A stretch of 64,000 nucleotides of DNA, from the NCBI GenBank assembly GCA_965153285.1, contig OZ229115.1; one strand, 5' to 3'. Of this stretch, positions 34,124 through 48,854 are shown one piece after another. Numbering within the stretch: position 1 is the first letter of the stretch; every line of letters starts with the position of its first letter. Under the pieces are notes generated by a model, which saw only the letters and a program-made list of their open reading frames with translations, made no database searches and had not been told where the DNA came from. A program made the translations under genes and the position numbers. This stretch comes from Podarcis tiliguerta (Eukaryota).

Positions 34124-35938
34124 TAGATCAATAGGAGAGAAGCCACTTTTTCCATGAAATGAAGAAGTCCACCAGGTACATTTCCACTTTGCACGCAAAA
34201 TGATGCCACCTGGATTGGGGAGGACTGGGACATGGCAACCGTCTTCCGACTTGGCATGCGCCAGCCACTTGCTCTGTATCAGCTCTGCAGCTTAATAGGT
34301 CAGTGCTGTGAAGACAAAGTGGCAACAGTTTCATCATCCATCTGCCCTTCCCCCTTGTTTTGGGCCCCAAGCTTCCTGGTGTACTGTTAATGAGGCTGTG
34401 TATCACGTTCCTCACTTTTGTGCCAAACGGTGGAAAAGTTTTAAAGTCCTTCTTTTTTTTTTTTTGCAACCTCTGCACAGGGTATGGGAGGAGGGGCTGC
34501 ACTCGCTTGCTTGCTTTCCTCACACTCTGCCCTGCTGGCCAATGTGCACTGTCTGAGTCTGGTGCCAATCAGAGAAGTGTCCCAAAGTGTGTGTTTTGTG
34601 TCCCAGAGTCTTTTGCAATCCTGGTAAGTTCCGTGCTGATGGAAGCACTCCAATCCCGAGCCTCTCGTCTGCTGCCTTTGCTTTGGCTGTGATTCCTTCT
34701 AACCTTTATACTTTGTACCCCCACAGAGGCAGCCTCTCGCCCAAGACTAAGCAAAGTGCAGCCTCCACTTCCACTATTGCAAATTATGCAAAAGGGGGCA
34801 TTAATCCTGATCAGTGATTTGGAGGTGCTTGACCTCAGACTCTGGCTTGCCAAGAGATAAATCTTGGGTCCTATTAGAATCCTACATTAGTTTCCATCTC
34901 TTTCTCATTCTGGGTCAATAAAAATGGGTTGCCAGGGTTGCCACTGGCAAGGCTGCTATGCATTTAACAGCCATGGGACAGGCAGAGGTTTCACTGGTGA
35001 TGTTTTTTCTAGCACACAGATGGAGGTGATCTTCAGTTGAAATTCTGTCTGTTTTGCTCCTTAATTAAGGAAAAAGCCCCTTTAACTGCACTTTTTAACA
35101 AAGGGTTTTTTTTGAAGCAGTTTCTAATCTTAGAGAGTAGTAAAAAGCAGTCAAACATCCAATTTAAACCATAGCTGGCTATAACTTAAAGTGGATTTGT
35201 TTTTATTATGTGTTAAATTGTTGTGACTCATCCCAATGCAATAAGGACTGGGATAAAAATCTCCCTTATTTTATCTTCACAACAACCCTGTGAGGTAGAT
35301 TTTAGGCTGAGAAGTAATGGCTGGCACAGGGGCATTCAGTGTGGTTTGTGGCTGAACCAGGATTGGAACACAGGTCTCCACTCAGCGCTCTAACTACATA
35401 GGGTTAGGGTTAAAGGGACGAGAGCCATCACAGAAAAAAGTGGCAGCTCTGGGGGCAGATTATTGAGCTGACTGAAATCATATAATTAACCTCTTTCTGG
35501 TACCTGCTGTAATGGTGCCTCCGTAATAGGCATGGTACCTCTGATTGTCTTTCAAATAGTGGTGGGAGCATTAAAATATTACAGTATGATAGCATTTTGG
35601 ATAGTTTCAGTGGCAGGGAGGGAAAACATCTGAGAGGCTGGTTGAAATATTCCATTTTCAATCTTTATGTGAAGTGCCTTCCACAGTTCCAGCTTTTTAT
35701 GGTGAGGCAGATAATCTTGGAGGCTTATACATGAACTCGCCAGTCTAACTTTCCTCAGTGTTTATTATATGAGAGGCCTTGGATATTAAGACTGCTGTTT
35801 GCATTAGGTCAAGGACATCAGACTCTCTCACCATTATCTTGCCTGGCAGTGAGGGGACTATTAATGCATGATAATCACAAAGAGTGAGAAGATGCTTTTA
35901 TCATCTGAGATATGGCAAGATAAGAGAACTATGTCCGT

Positions 35939-35940
<2 letters not shown>

Positions 35941-35976
<36 letters not shown>
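35941..35976. repeat. (CA)n microsatellite
   Basis: Directly visible. Confidence 0.95.
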
Positions 35977-35978
<2 letters not shown>

Positions 35979-36036
35979 TAAGCCAAGGAAAGTGTCAGGT
36001 ACTGTCTGTGGGGCCCAACATACTTCAGTTACTGCC

Positions 36037-36104
36037 CAGGGGTCGGCAAGGTTTATCTTGCCTGGGCTGGATCGGTCCTGCGGAGATCCCTCTGTAGGCA
36101 GGAT

Positions 36105-36144
<40 letters not shown>

Positions 36145-36332
36145 CCCGCCCACAATTTCCGGCATCTGCGCAGACATGATTTCTGGCGCCGCGTAAGTGA
36201 GTCCCTGTGCCGCACTGCGCTGGTTTAGTGCAGCACGTGAGCAGGTGGCTCGGTTTGGGAGCAGCTTGTGGGCCGGTCAAACGACCTCCGTGGGCCGCTC
36301 TCAGCCCATGGACCTTAGGTTGCTGACCCCTG
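36037..36332. mobile_element. hAT-like MITE containing a (TG)n tract
   Basis: TIRs CAGGGGTCGGCAA / TTGCTGACCCCTG; flanking direct repeat gttactgcc. Confidence 0.82.
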
Positions 36333-39300
36333 GTTACTGCCCTAAGCCTGCTTACTCTGAAACCAGTCCTATGGAACTCAGTGGAACCTACTTCTGAGTA
36401 AACAGGCTGAGGACAAGATTATAAATCATAAAAAAGCAGGTGAGTTACGGCAAAAGAGTTACAGCAACTTTTCAAGACAGGTAGAGGTGGTACTATACGT
36501 AGCTATTAAGCAACTAATCATACTTGTTCTTCTTCTTCCTTGGCTTTTATCATAAGTCAGAATGGTATAGTGGTTAGATTGTTGGTCTAAGACTGAGAAG
36601 AGCTGGGTTTTGATCCCCACACAACCATGAAGCTCAGTGGGTGACCCTAGGTCAGTCACTCTTTCTCAGCCTAACCCTTTTTGCTGGGTTATTGTGAAAA
36701 GAAAACACGAGAAGGGGGGGGGGCATGTGCACTGCCCTAAGATGCTTGAAGTAAGGGCAGAATCTAAAAAAAGTGTAATGTCAGAGCTGGGTGAAAGTGA
36801 CCTCAATTTCTCCAGCCTCTCCAGAAGCCACAAATTTGTGGGTGTCAATTTTGCTGGATATTATCCAGAGATAACAAGACATTTGAAACATTCAAAACAC
36901 CCACTTTTATAAAAAAACAAGCAAATCTGTGTCTCATGAAACCTCATATAGGTTATTAATATTTCCATTTTATCAATATTGAACTGAGGCATGTAGATAG
37001 GGATATTCTGAAGGCCTTTTCAAGTTTCACTTGTTTTGTGGGAAAACATGGCTTCAACTGGCATACTCCAGAGCACAGAATTGGGAGCTTCTAGGAACAG
37101 CAACAAACCTTTCCACTAGGGCATTCCTTGCTTGCATCGCCTTTTTACAGGGATGTGCTGTAACCTGTACAGTTCAAATCCTTGCCGGCATTTCCTGGCC
37201 TTTCCATTTGTCATCTGTTAAGGCTGTTGGTCTTCTGCAGAAGCCCATAATCTTCATGTGTGTTCCTTTGCAGTGGTAAGGAGACAGCACTGTTCAGCCC
37301 AGCATTCACATAAGAATGGCTGGCTGGTGTGTTGTGGTTTCTCCAATCTGTTGCTTGAGCAGTCCCCCCCCCCAAGTTTCTTATGAAGAAGGGGGAGAAA
37401 AGGCTGAGTGAACAAGTCTCTGAGACGAGCGCTTGCACGTTTGCCAAATGAGATAGGAGTTAGGGTGATTGCTTCATCAGATTCAAGCAGCACCACTCTC
37501 TAGATTTTGATTGCAACTTGCTACTAATTCTTCAGATTCTGTCCAGTCAGGGAAAATACTAGGGTACACACCAAAAGCTGCTTTTGGCATTGGGTAGAAT
37601 TTGCTGATTGGACTTACTGTGGTTGGATGTGGATGATGAGGGATTTATTGAGTGATTGATTATATATCTATGCTGCTTTTTATTCAAATGAATGCCAAAG
37701 CAGCTTACGATAACATGACAGAACATAATAGAACATCACAAATACAGCATAAATCTCATAGAACAATCAACAAATCATCAGTAAACAATTACAGTCTATA
37801 AAACTGTGTTAACAAAGCAACAACTTAAAAAATAAGCTAAATATGACAATTAAAGCAAAAGACATATGATTAACAAAATGATACAGCAGTAAAAATCTGT
37901 AAAACAATATAAAAAACATCAACAAAATAGCAGCCCAAAGATAAACTGAGCACTGCTTCAAAAGTCTGCTTAGCCATTAAACTCAGAGGGAGACCTTTGG
38001 CGAGTCACAAACTCAGTTTGTTGGTTCTCAGTTGTTCTTGTTTCTGTAAGGGGAAAATGTTATGCTACCCTGAGCTTCTTGGAAGGGTGATGGGGTATGA
38101 ACGTGATAAATAAGCACAGGATTGACTTTTGAGTTGTAGTCAGAGAGATGAAAATAGGTGAAACTATTTGTGAGTGGGTGGGTGTGTCTCTTAAACATCA
38201 CCAATAAAAGAGGAGAAAAGAGAAAACAGTTTTGCATAAAATTTGCCTGTGCTAATTTATATGTATAGATGTAAATTTAGAAATATTACTATAATTTAAA
38301 TAGAATGAACCTCACTATAGTGGAGAGATTGTGACTGGGGATTTTTTCTGCATGCTCAGTCAGTTGCCCAGTACTGAAAGCTCAGCTGATGGTCAATTTC
38401 AATGCCCCTGCTCTCCCTTCTTATGGTTCTTTACCTATACATTAAATTGGATTTGGACTGGACAGCTCTTACAAACAGAGGGCTGCCCTTTCTAAAAGAG
38501 GATACCGGGCCACCCTGAGCAGAACAGATGTCTGAAGAAATTGAAAAACTGCTAGCAACTTATGTGTGTAAATGATATTAAGATAGGCTGGTTTTTCAAA
38601 AGACCTTCAGGCACTTAAGCTGTCCTGGTGCCCCTCCTGGCTGTGGCGGCACTGCTGTTCACCAGAACTGTGATAGAGCACATAGGTTGCGGGGGGGGGG
38701 GGGAGCACCAAGTTGGCAGCAGTGGCAGGTGCAAGTGTGCCAGAGAGTGGTGCCAGAGAGTGGCAGCACCACTGCAGCTGGAGGATGGGGCAGCGGTGAT
38801 GCCTCACATCATGCAGTGTGACTGAACCTAAGTTGATACCGTACTTTGCAGGGACTCAGGACTGCTACCTTTCTCCTTATTTATGTCCCATGCTTTGCAG
38901 CTGTATGACTTATTTTATTTCAGATAATGCAATGCTACCTTTCAGGGCGAAGCCCGTCTGAGGTGCCTCACACACCTAGCAAAGTCTTTGGGCTAAGATA
39001 TGGCTGTTTTTAAGCCTGATACCAAGCAAATTTACCTTTCAAAGTTCATACGGTGATTCTATATGCATGCACTGTTACAGTATGTACTGTGTGAGTCATT
39101 CCACTCTGGCACATCGATTAGCGGTTTACATACACAAAGTGTGCACTGTTACTAATTTCCTGCTGCCCTCAAATGCTCCTGCCTCGTATATGTTTGTTTA
39201 AGGCATATGCTGTTAATTTGATTATTAGATCAGCTGGTAAATCTGACTTTTAATCAGGAGAAAGTAGCAAACTAAATGGTATAATGTTGATTTAAACAGC

Positions 39301-42300
39301 TTGATTTATACAGTCCATTGCTCTTGAAAGGACGGCGCTTGTGTCCTTGCATGGCATCTCTTAAAAATGTCAGCCTATAAATCGCATAACGAGGCCCTCA
39401 TGGGATTGGTTCCAGACGGAGCTGAAGTCATTATGGCATGCAGAGTTAAGATCAATTCCAGCATTTTTAAAGGTACTTGAGTTAAGATTACAGACTGTTT
39501 CCCCATTCTCTGTGCAACATACTGGGAACGGGCCAAGCTCATTCTTTTAATTTAAGTGAGGCCTTGTCAACATCACTGTGTTAGAGGCAGTATCTCTAAA
39601 TGGGCATGCCAAGGCTGCAAAATAAGCTTTCCACAGGCACTGTGCATGAGCGATATGTTTCAGGGTGGGGCTGAGACAAGACTGTGTGGCTACAGGTATG
39701 TGTCAGGGAGTTTAATCTTTTTGACGGTAGTGGAATAACCAAGAATGCATGGTGTATAGTTGGTGAACAGAAGAATAGCCTGCTGGATCAGGCCAGTGAC
39801 TCATCTGGTGCAGCATTTTGTTCCCACGGGGGCCAAGCAGATGCCAATGGGGCGCCTGCAAGCAGGACAACAGCGCCCTGCCCACCTGTGATTCCCAGCT
39901 GCTCATATTCAGAGGCATGGCTGCTCTGATAGTGACAACATGGAACTAGATCTAGAACTAGAGGGCAATAGGGAGCTTGTAGTCCTCCAGTTGTAGCTGG
40001 ACTACATTTGTAGACCCCCTACCACCCCTGGCCATTGGCCATGCCTGCTGGGGCTAAGGGGAGCTGGAGTCCCACAACATCTGGAAGGCCATAGGATCTC
40101 CAAGGTTGGATCAGGGGGTCCCTCTGGACTGTTGTTTATTTGCAGGAGTATTCTGCAACATGTCATTGATAGAATGCAGCAGTGGTGGAGTGTTTAAGAG
40201 GTTCCTGTTAGAATGGTTCCTGTTCACTCACTACTTGGTTTCGCAGTTTTGGCTGACAGCAGGTGAACAAAGAAATATGGCTATACATTTTGCACAGCAA
40301 TAACTGTTTCTCTCATGCTCCAACCTAAGCACTCCAGCAACTCATGATATTTGGGAGGGGGGGAGGCTTCTGCCATTTGTTAAGGTGAACTTTTAGGAAT
40401 GCATGCTTATCACTGAAAGAATATTTCAAATTACTCAGTATCACTTTATATTCAGGGTTGAACAGATATTTTAAATTCCTGGGGCTAGTATCAATTTCTT
40501 GGAAATCTTGTGTGTAATTTTCTCTCTTGTCTCTGACCATTTCATACAGTGAGAACTGCTTTTGTTGGCACGACATTTTTCCTACAGGGATATAATTTTC
40601 TGTTCAGCGAAAAGTATGTGTGCATGACAGTACACGCGTTTTATAATAAACATGCATGCTGGGAAACTAGTTAGTACATTGACTTTTGGGTGTTTTTTTT
40701 AAAAAAGCAATGGTAGCTATGGGGAAGGAATTAATGGGATAATATAACATCATCTTTGAGACCCTGGATAGCATTCTTGGCCAACACTCCCCTTTGCTCA
40801 CAGAGATGCAAAGTGTCTGTGAGCTCTATTTTTGGAGCTGTCTTGTATGATGCGACTTGATGCTATATTTTCACCAGACTTTTAGGCATATAAAAAGAGC
40901 ATTGTGTAACCCAGCTTTAATGGATGACCTTGCTCTGAGCTGAAATATAATTCCTCATAGTCCAGATCCTGCCAATTCTTGATAGATCTTTTCACACTCT
41001 TTTTTCCTGAAAGTCTTAAGTAGCATCCCAACTCCTCCCTGACACGTTGAAGCCAACAGTCAACAGTTCCATTAATAGCACAAATGTAAGGCCATCGAAA
41101 TATTCAATTTGAGAAGCTGGTTATTGACAGGCTGGGATTGAGAGATAAGGCCAAATACGTGACCATGAAGTGCCCCAACCAAGCACCAAAGGTTTACACA
41201 TGGGCTTTCTCGTGCTAGAGGAAGCAGGATGGAAGGGTAGCTTTGCTGAGATTTTGCAATTCTGCCTTTGTTTAATATGCACTCACATGTTCCATTAACT
41301 GGAGAGGCTATACATATATTTACTCACTAAGTCAGCTTAATATTCTCTCCTTGAGGCGAATGACCTGCCTTCAGTTCCAAGGTCACTGGGATAAACAATG
41401 TGCAAGTTCATCTGAGGAAACAGGCCTCTGTGGAAGTGCAAAATGTGGGTGGGGGTGAGTGTTTTTTTGCAGCAGCTCAGCTATTTGCCTTGCATTATAA
41501 TGCAAGTGATCTGCTGCAGAGAGCCACATAATGCAAAAAGCATCCAAACAGTCACACATAAAACTGCTATAAGGAGCTTGTACGAACTTTGTACTTGGAC
41601 TAAAGCTGCTTGCATTCATTCCTCCTCCTGCCTCTCTCCTCACTGCTTGACTGCATGTTTAATTAGGGTTTAATTGGGAAGAGCCCCAGTTTGGTTTGGG
41701 ATTCAGCCCTGCTATTTTATCCTGCTATTTTATCCTGAGTATAGTTCTGCTGCTTCACGTCCGGCTTTCAGGAATTTCAGCTTTCCTGAAAATGTTCTTA
41801 CCTTACTGGGTATTCCTTTGCCACATTTATACACAGGACGTTTGTTCTTTAAAATATGCTTTCCTCTTGGCTGCCTATTTTGCAGTACCACAGCAATTGA
41901 CTTGCCAGCTAGCCAGAAAAGAACAACAACAGCAACCCTGGCCTAGTCTGTCCCTCCTGGGCTTTTTGCTGGCATCTGATATGTAGAAAATCAGCCCTGG
42001 AGTCTCTTCATAGCATGGAGCTAAATATTATCACAGGCTAAATTGCTGCAGCTCAAATTGCTCTTAAACGGATAGTGTAAAAACTGGTGAAACCCCACAG
42101 AGCTCTCTTTCACCCCCTGCCCAATTTGTTTACATCTCAGCTGCTGGGGGGCACTACTATATGCCCTGCAGAGCCTTCCTTTTGAAAGTTCCTCTGTTTG
42201 AAGGGCTGTCCAATCCATGTCCACCTTTATAGAAAAAGAACGTGAATCCTGGTCAGACCAAAGTGCTGGGGGTGAATGGGGCAAAATATGCAGCCATGCA

Positions 42301-43290
42301 ACTTGCTTTGTGTTGAACTTGATCTAAGACTACGTATCTTATGATGCAGTGTTATCTCAATGCAAAGGAAAAAATTAGGGGCCCGACATTCAGCTGGAAG
42401 ACAAAGTAGTGAATTATGAGGGTGGAGCTGGATGAATTCCATGGATCTGTCCATGGTAATCCACTCCTTGCTGCAAGCATGATGATCTAACTGTCTTGAT
42501 GGTTCTGACTCATCACCTCACAGACATTTATCTGCTCAGCTGGACATACAACCTAGAATTAAGGTACCTGCATGAACAAGAATACTTTTTCACAGTTTCC
42601 CCCCTATTCAGAAGTGGGCTCTATGCGTGGAATTTATAACCTTTGAAAACCAAGCCTTCTACATCACTTTCAGATCTTTAAAGCCTGGTTGTTGCCCCCC
42701 CCCCCAGTGCAAATTAGAGCTGTGATTTGCAACTGGGGAGGTTTGGGGCTTGGGGGAAGCCCTCCTTCTCCATGCTCCTGATTGCTTTCCCTTGAATTTA
42801 GGTTCAACACTCAAGCCTGCCCTGAAAACATGGGGGGAACCTCACCCTCTGGGTGCTGCTGAACTACAACTCAACTGGACATACAACCTAGGGTCAAGTT
42901 ACCTGCATGAGCATGAATACGTTTTCACCCTGGCCATGTTTGCTAGGGCTGATGGGAGTTGTAGGTCAGCAGCATCTGAAGGACTAAAGGTTCCTCACTC
43001 CTCAAAGTAGGCTGGTAGGAGGGAGTTCCTCTCCAAACCTTTGTTACTGCTAGGTCTATAAATTTGCATAGGAGAAACAAATAGCCTGGCATGAGGCTCA
43101 AGTGCACTGTGCAGTTCTTCTAATCATAGGTTAGACCTGGGATGGAGAACTTGTGAACCACAGCTCCTGTCATCCATGGCCACTAGCTGATAGGAGTTGG
43201 AGGCCAGTAACATCTGGAGGGTGCCAGGTGCCCCATCTCTGGGTTAGGCAAATACTTGGAGAGAAAATAGGCAATGTAAAGGACTGAATA

Positions 43291-43645
43291 GGGACGCGGG
43301 TGGCGCTGTGGGTTAAACCACAGAGCCTAGGACTTGCCGATCAGAAGGTCAGCGGTTCGAAACCCCGCGATGGGGTGAGCTCCCGTTGCCTAGTCCCAGC
43401 TCCTGCCCACCTAGCAGTTCAAAAGCACGTCAAAGTGCAAGTAGATAAATAGGTACCACTCTGGCGGGAAGGTAAACGGCATTTCCGTGCGCTGCTCTGG
43501 TTCGCCAGAAGTGGCTTAGTCATGCTGACCACATGACCCGGAAGCTGTACGCCGGCTCCCTTGGCCAATAAAGTGAGATGAGCGCCACAACCCCAGAGTC
43601 AGTCACGACTGGACCTAATGGTCAGGGGTCCCTTTACCTTTACTT
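43291..43645 (+). mobile_element. Full-length Sauria SINE with 14-bp TSD
   Basis: GGGACGCGGGTGGCGC head and ACCTTT tail; TSD taaaggactgaata at 43277-43290 and 43646-43659. Confidence 0.95.
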
Positions 43646-46600
43646 TAAAGGACTGAATAGGCAATGAGTGAGATATTATATTGCACCCTTCCCACGGGAT
43701 CTCTTGGTTCCAACTGGTTACCAAAGGCAACAGAATGAAAGAAGTTGACAAATGTTCCCCACTCTTCCTTATCTCCTGGTGATAGGGAAGATCTCCACCA
43801 CTTTTCTCGTGAGTAGGCCCTTGCTTCTCTGTTCCTGGCAAGGGGACTAGCCAGCAGCTTCATGTCTTCTCCTTCCTGGGTCAGCTGCAAGAAAAACACA
43901 ACTTCCTGTGGCCTCTGTGGTTAGGCTACTGAGCCCTCCACAGTTTGAGTTGTTTCACCTCCTTGATCCTCTTGCCCTAATGTGGGCCTAATTCCTGTGT
44001 CCCATAGCCTCAGTACAGTGGGAATACTGTTTCCTGAGCCTACCCTTCATATGGTCATAGAGATTGTGCCCTGTTCATTTAGCCACAACCACACTTGACC
44101 CCGAATAAGTGGCGAGTAAGGGATTTGTGCATTTCTGTCAAATGTCAGCCTTCCCAATTGTGATGTGTCCATTATATCTGGCAGCCAAAGCACTTGGTAG
44201 ACATCTTCCAAAGCAGGGTGACCTTCAGTTCAACCAAAATGAAATCCATAGTTTTAGTTTCCAGGGCAGGGACCCTATCTTCCCAGAGGAACTTTGAGAC
44301 ACACACCTCCTCATGAAAGCTGCAGTTTCAACAATGGGCAGAAAATATCCTCCAAAGCAGTGGAAAGGTTACACAGCTTGCTCAAGAAAGCAAACGTCCC
44401 ATGCGTCTGCCCCAGTGTTAATTTTAGCCTCCCCAAATATTGAAAAAGAGCACAATTTCGACACTGTGGTGGGTTGCCACATGAAATGATTATTTCAGGG
44501 TCCAAGTGTTTCAGTGTCTCGCATGGAGGCATCCAAACTTGGTAGGCAGCACATCTGGCATTAGCATGATCTTGATTTGAGGGAACGCAAGGTCCTGCTG
44601 GAATTCTAGCAAACTTTTTGCACAGTAAAGCAAAAACAGGCAAGATTTTAAAGTGTTCCATCTTTCTGTTTCCTTGAGGGAAACTCATACAACAATAGCA
44701 GGAGCAGGGATTTAAAACTGTGAGGAGAAACCACTGATGGGAGCAATCTTCATCTATTGCCCTGCTCCATTTCCTCCAGCCAGTCTGTGTTTCAACCTGT
44801 GGCCAGGTGAAAGCTGCTGGCACCAGAGGAAGAGATGAAGCATTGGAGGCTGTGCTGGATGGTACCTGCACATTTCTGAGCTCATTGCACATCACGCTGG
44901 AATGCTGGAAACAGCATACAAAACCCTGGATCACCAAGACCATGGGCAAGCTAAGAGTTGCATCCAATAATCCTCTGTGACATTATAGGACTGGAGTAGA
45001 CAACATGGTGCCCTCCACACACTGTAGAGTCCAACTCCCATCAGCTACAGCGAGCATGGTCAGGGATGGTGGGATTTGTAGTGTGACAGCATTTGGACAG
45101 TACTATGCTGGCTATCCTTGTTGTAGGGGATGCTGGGGTATATCACCCCTAGCTAGCAAGGCCAGAGCTCAGGGATGATGGGAGTTGTAGTCCAACAACA
45201 TCTGGGGACCCACAGGTTGAGAACCGCTGCTCCAGTGCATACAATGTGGCAAAAAAAATATGTTTATAGCAGATGTCCGTCTTTCCTTACAGGAAACTCC
45301 ATAGTATTGCGGGACATGTCATGGGTATGGAGTTCAGAGGGAACTGGGGCAGCTTTGATAGTAAATTAAAATGGATTGGGTTAGATAGGAGTATGCTAGA
45401 TGAAAGGTTCCTGTCCTAAATATGAACCTTGTAACAGGTATTGCTGAGCAATGATGAATGAGCTGAGGGTCCATTATATTGAACCTCTGCACCTGTGTAA
45501 AGGCCATAGACTTCTATAACTGCACCCTCCAGGTGTTTGCCTCTGCCTTTTTAGAGGGGAGGCAGGGCCCACTGTGTGACCTTGGGCCAGTTTCAGTCCC
45601 TACCTCACAGGGTTGCTGTGCAGATGAAATGGGTGGAGAACTTTGAGCTCCATGGATGAAAGGTAGGATATAAAAATGTAATAATCAATAAATAGGCATC
45701 TGCTAAGTCACTAGATAGCCTGGTTGTTGTTGTTTTTTAAAAAAAATTCTTTAAAGAGTCAGGACTTAACCGGATCTGTCATCTTTTAGTATTTGTTTGC
45801 CAAGTTGGGACTGAAGTCTCTCTAAGCCATCTGTGCACAAAACCATTAGGGGATATCCAGGCCTGGCCTGCTTCTTGAATTACTCACTCCAGCTGAGGGA
45901 TGACATTTGCTCGGCTTGACTTTCCACCCAGTAACCTTTCACCCACTGAAGCTGCCTAACCTCTGCTTGACTCTTTTTTGGGGGAGAGGGTGTTAAAGGG
46001 TCTAGGTTCAAACTATCTTGAGATTTAGATAAAGGTTCCTTTGTTTGCCCAAATGAAACATCCCACCACAAAAGCCTGACCAACCGCTGCAAAGTTGGGT
46101 ACTTGTGGCTAACCTTCTGCTGCATGGCAAATATTGTCACAGGGACATTTTTGGCGGTCTGAAGACTTCTCTGATTAAATTGAAGGTGCAAATTTAATCT
46201 TGTGTACCAAACAAAGGATATAAACCGGTGAGCCAGAATGTACTGTTCTCCTTTGTGTTTAAGGGGATCTGAAGTTGAGCAAATACTAAGTGGCCACATG
46301 TGAAACTGGGGGAAAGAAGTCCATTTTCACCATAGTTGAACAGTGGGTGTTCACCCCTTGATCTGAAGCCCATTCTTTTTCTACTCTGTCATCCTTTAAA
46401 CTAGGCAACTAGTAAAGTGGCTCTATAACTTCAAGGCTTTTTTTGTTTTAAAAAAATCTGTTTCTTGACAAGCTTGGCATTTCTTGACAAACTGTCCAAA
46501 TTTCAGAGTGTAGCAGTGGTTACAACCCATGTCTTTCTACCCTTTTGCTCATGCCCTTGGACATCATTCTCCGCATCAGGGATAGGGAGCATGTGACTCC

Positions 46601-46728
46601 CCTGATGTTGCTGGACTACAATTCCCACATCCCTGACTATTGGCCATGCCACCTGGGGCTGATGGGAGTTGAAGTCTAACAACACCATGAGAGTTGCAGG
46701 CTCCCCATCCCCGCTTTACACTCTAGAG

Positions 46729-46866
46729 CAGCCTTTCTCAACCTGTGGGTCCCCAGATGTTGTTGAACTACAACTCCCATCACCCCTAGCTAGCAAGGCC
46801 AGAGCTCAGGGATGGTGGGAGTTGTAGTTCAACAACATCTGGGGACCCACAGGTTGAGAACCGCTG
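46729..46866. mobile_element. Hairpin hAT-Charlie-like MITE
   Basis: Near-perfect palindrome; 8-bp TSD ctctagag at 46721-46728 and 46867-46874. Relatives at ~39960-40110, 42830-43000, 43135-43240, 44990-45229 and 46578-46712. Confidence 0.88.
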
Positions 46867-47427
46867 CTCTAGAGTTTCCTTTATCTCTACTGTACAGTGG
46901 GCTATAGTATATTTTTGGCCAATAAGTAACAAACCTTAAACCCCAAAGCATCCCATGAAGAAGGATGTCAAATCTATCTGGCATAGCTTCAGCTCTTAGA
47001 TCTACTTAGCATTGGTCTCCTAAATCTAGAGTTCCAGTAACGTAATCTCAGAGATATTGAACAACCCAAGAAGAAGGACATACTTCCTAATTGGTATTGA
47101 TTTTTATTTTATTTAAAACATCACTATACTGCCCTTTATCAGTCAGGCAAGGATGGTACGCAACAAGGTAAAACAGTTCCAGGAAACTCGGCTGGTTAAA
47201 ATACAGTAAAAATACACCAAGCGGTAATATCTATTAAACTGTGCTCTGCTTTTCTTGAGGTTTGAGTGGCATCCTTACTTGGACTTTTGGGACACCTTTG
47301 TTATGTTCAGTTTTGAGCTTTTTTTATATGGTTGTGTGCACTTCTCTCTCTGTGTATGTATGTGGTCCTCAACCTTCTGTCTTCAAAGTTTGGTGAAATT
47401 TTGGTTTTTATAATGGGGAAAAAATAT

Positions 47428-47988
47428 GAATCATAGAATCATAGAGTTGGAAGAGACCACAAGGGCCATCGAGTCCAACCCCCTGCCAAGCAGGAAACAC
47501 CATCAGAGCACTCCTGACATATGGTTGTCAAGCCTCTGCTTAAAGACCTCCAAAGAAGGAGACTCCACCACACTCCTTGGCAGCAAATTCCACTGTCGAA
47601 CAGCTCTTACTGTCAGGAAGTTCTTCCTAATGTTTAGGTGGAATCTTCTTTCTTGTAGTTTCGATCCATTGCTCCGTGTCCGCTTCTCTGGAGCAGCAGA
47701 AAACAACCTTTCTCCCTCCTCTATGTGACATCCTTTTATATATTTGAACATGGCTATCATATCACCCCTTAACCTCCTCTTCTCCAGGCTAAACATGCCC
47801 AGCTCCCTTGGCCGTTCCTCATAAGGCATCGTTTCCAGGCCTTTGACCATTTTGGTTGCCCTCCTCTGGACATGTTCCAGTTTGTCAGTGTCCTTCTTGA
47901 ACTGTGGTACCCAGAACTGGACACAGTACTCCAGTACTCCACAGTACTCCAGGTGAGGTCTGACCAGAGCAGAATACAGTGGCACTAT
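47428..47988 (-). mobile_element. CR1 LINE 3' fragment
   Basis: Near-identical to 18955-19499, plus an 18-nt internal duplication. Confidence 0.94.
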
Positions 47989-48259
47989 GAGAGAGAGACA
48001 TTGCACACACCTTTGTAAATCAAGAAAATCTTTAATAAAAATACATTTTTAAAAATGGACATGAAAAGGAAAAGCTTCCACAGTGCAATAGCAGATTCCA
48101 TGCTTTGCCTGCATGAAGTTCTAGGTTCAATCACTGGCATTCCCACATCAAAACAATATGGGGTATCAGGGCTAGGAAAAAGCACTCCTGATTTGCACCC
48201 TTGAGGGTCCTCAGCAGCAACAGGAGACACCACCATCACTAAGTTTATTAACTCAAATT

Positions 48260-48710
48260 CCCAACAAAAACCAAATGGCAGGTAAAAATGATAGAATACA
48301 TGCAATTGGCAAATATGACAGGGAGAGTTAGAGGATATCTGATGCAGAAGGTGAATAAAGAAAGGATAGTATTTAAAGAGTACTTGAAAAATGGTTGTGA
48401 TAACAAAAATCTCTGGGCAGACCTTGAGTGATTCTTGTAATATATTGGTGACAAATAATAGAACTTTTTGTAAAGAATTGGGGGGGGGGGAGAGAGAATA
48501 ACAAGGCACTGTGGGTAAAATAACAAAATAATAAACAGTACAATGAGAATAATCGGAAGTATATTTTATTTATTCCATCTTTTGTCTTCTATCTTTTGTT
48601 TTCTTCTTTTCCTTTTTTTTTGTAAAGTATGTGTATGTAGGTTGTATATTTTATATTATTGTGTATTGATGTGTAGGTTGATGTTCATTGTTCAATAAAG
48701 TTCTATTTAA
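48260..48710 (+). mobile_element. L1-clade 3' fragment (degenerate)
   Basis: PTKTKWQVK..IEYMQLANMT-like residual ORF2 end, T-rich 3' UTR and AATAAA near 48694. Confidence 0.6.
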
Positions 48711-48854
48711 TATATATTTTAATATATATAATATATATTTATAAGTTTATTAATTCAAAGTGAACATTTTCTTCTTTTCTGGATTATCCAAGGTGCACCG
48801 TATGGCCATGCACCTGACTTCTGAATTTACTTAAATTGAAATAAAGGTTCTTAT

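Noticed and set aside
44311-44967. 218-aa antisense ORF in the large LAMB3 intron
   Set aside because: Non-ATG start, no recognisable motif and no splice context; treated as chance, though a BLAST search was not possible.
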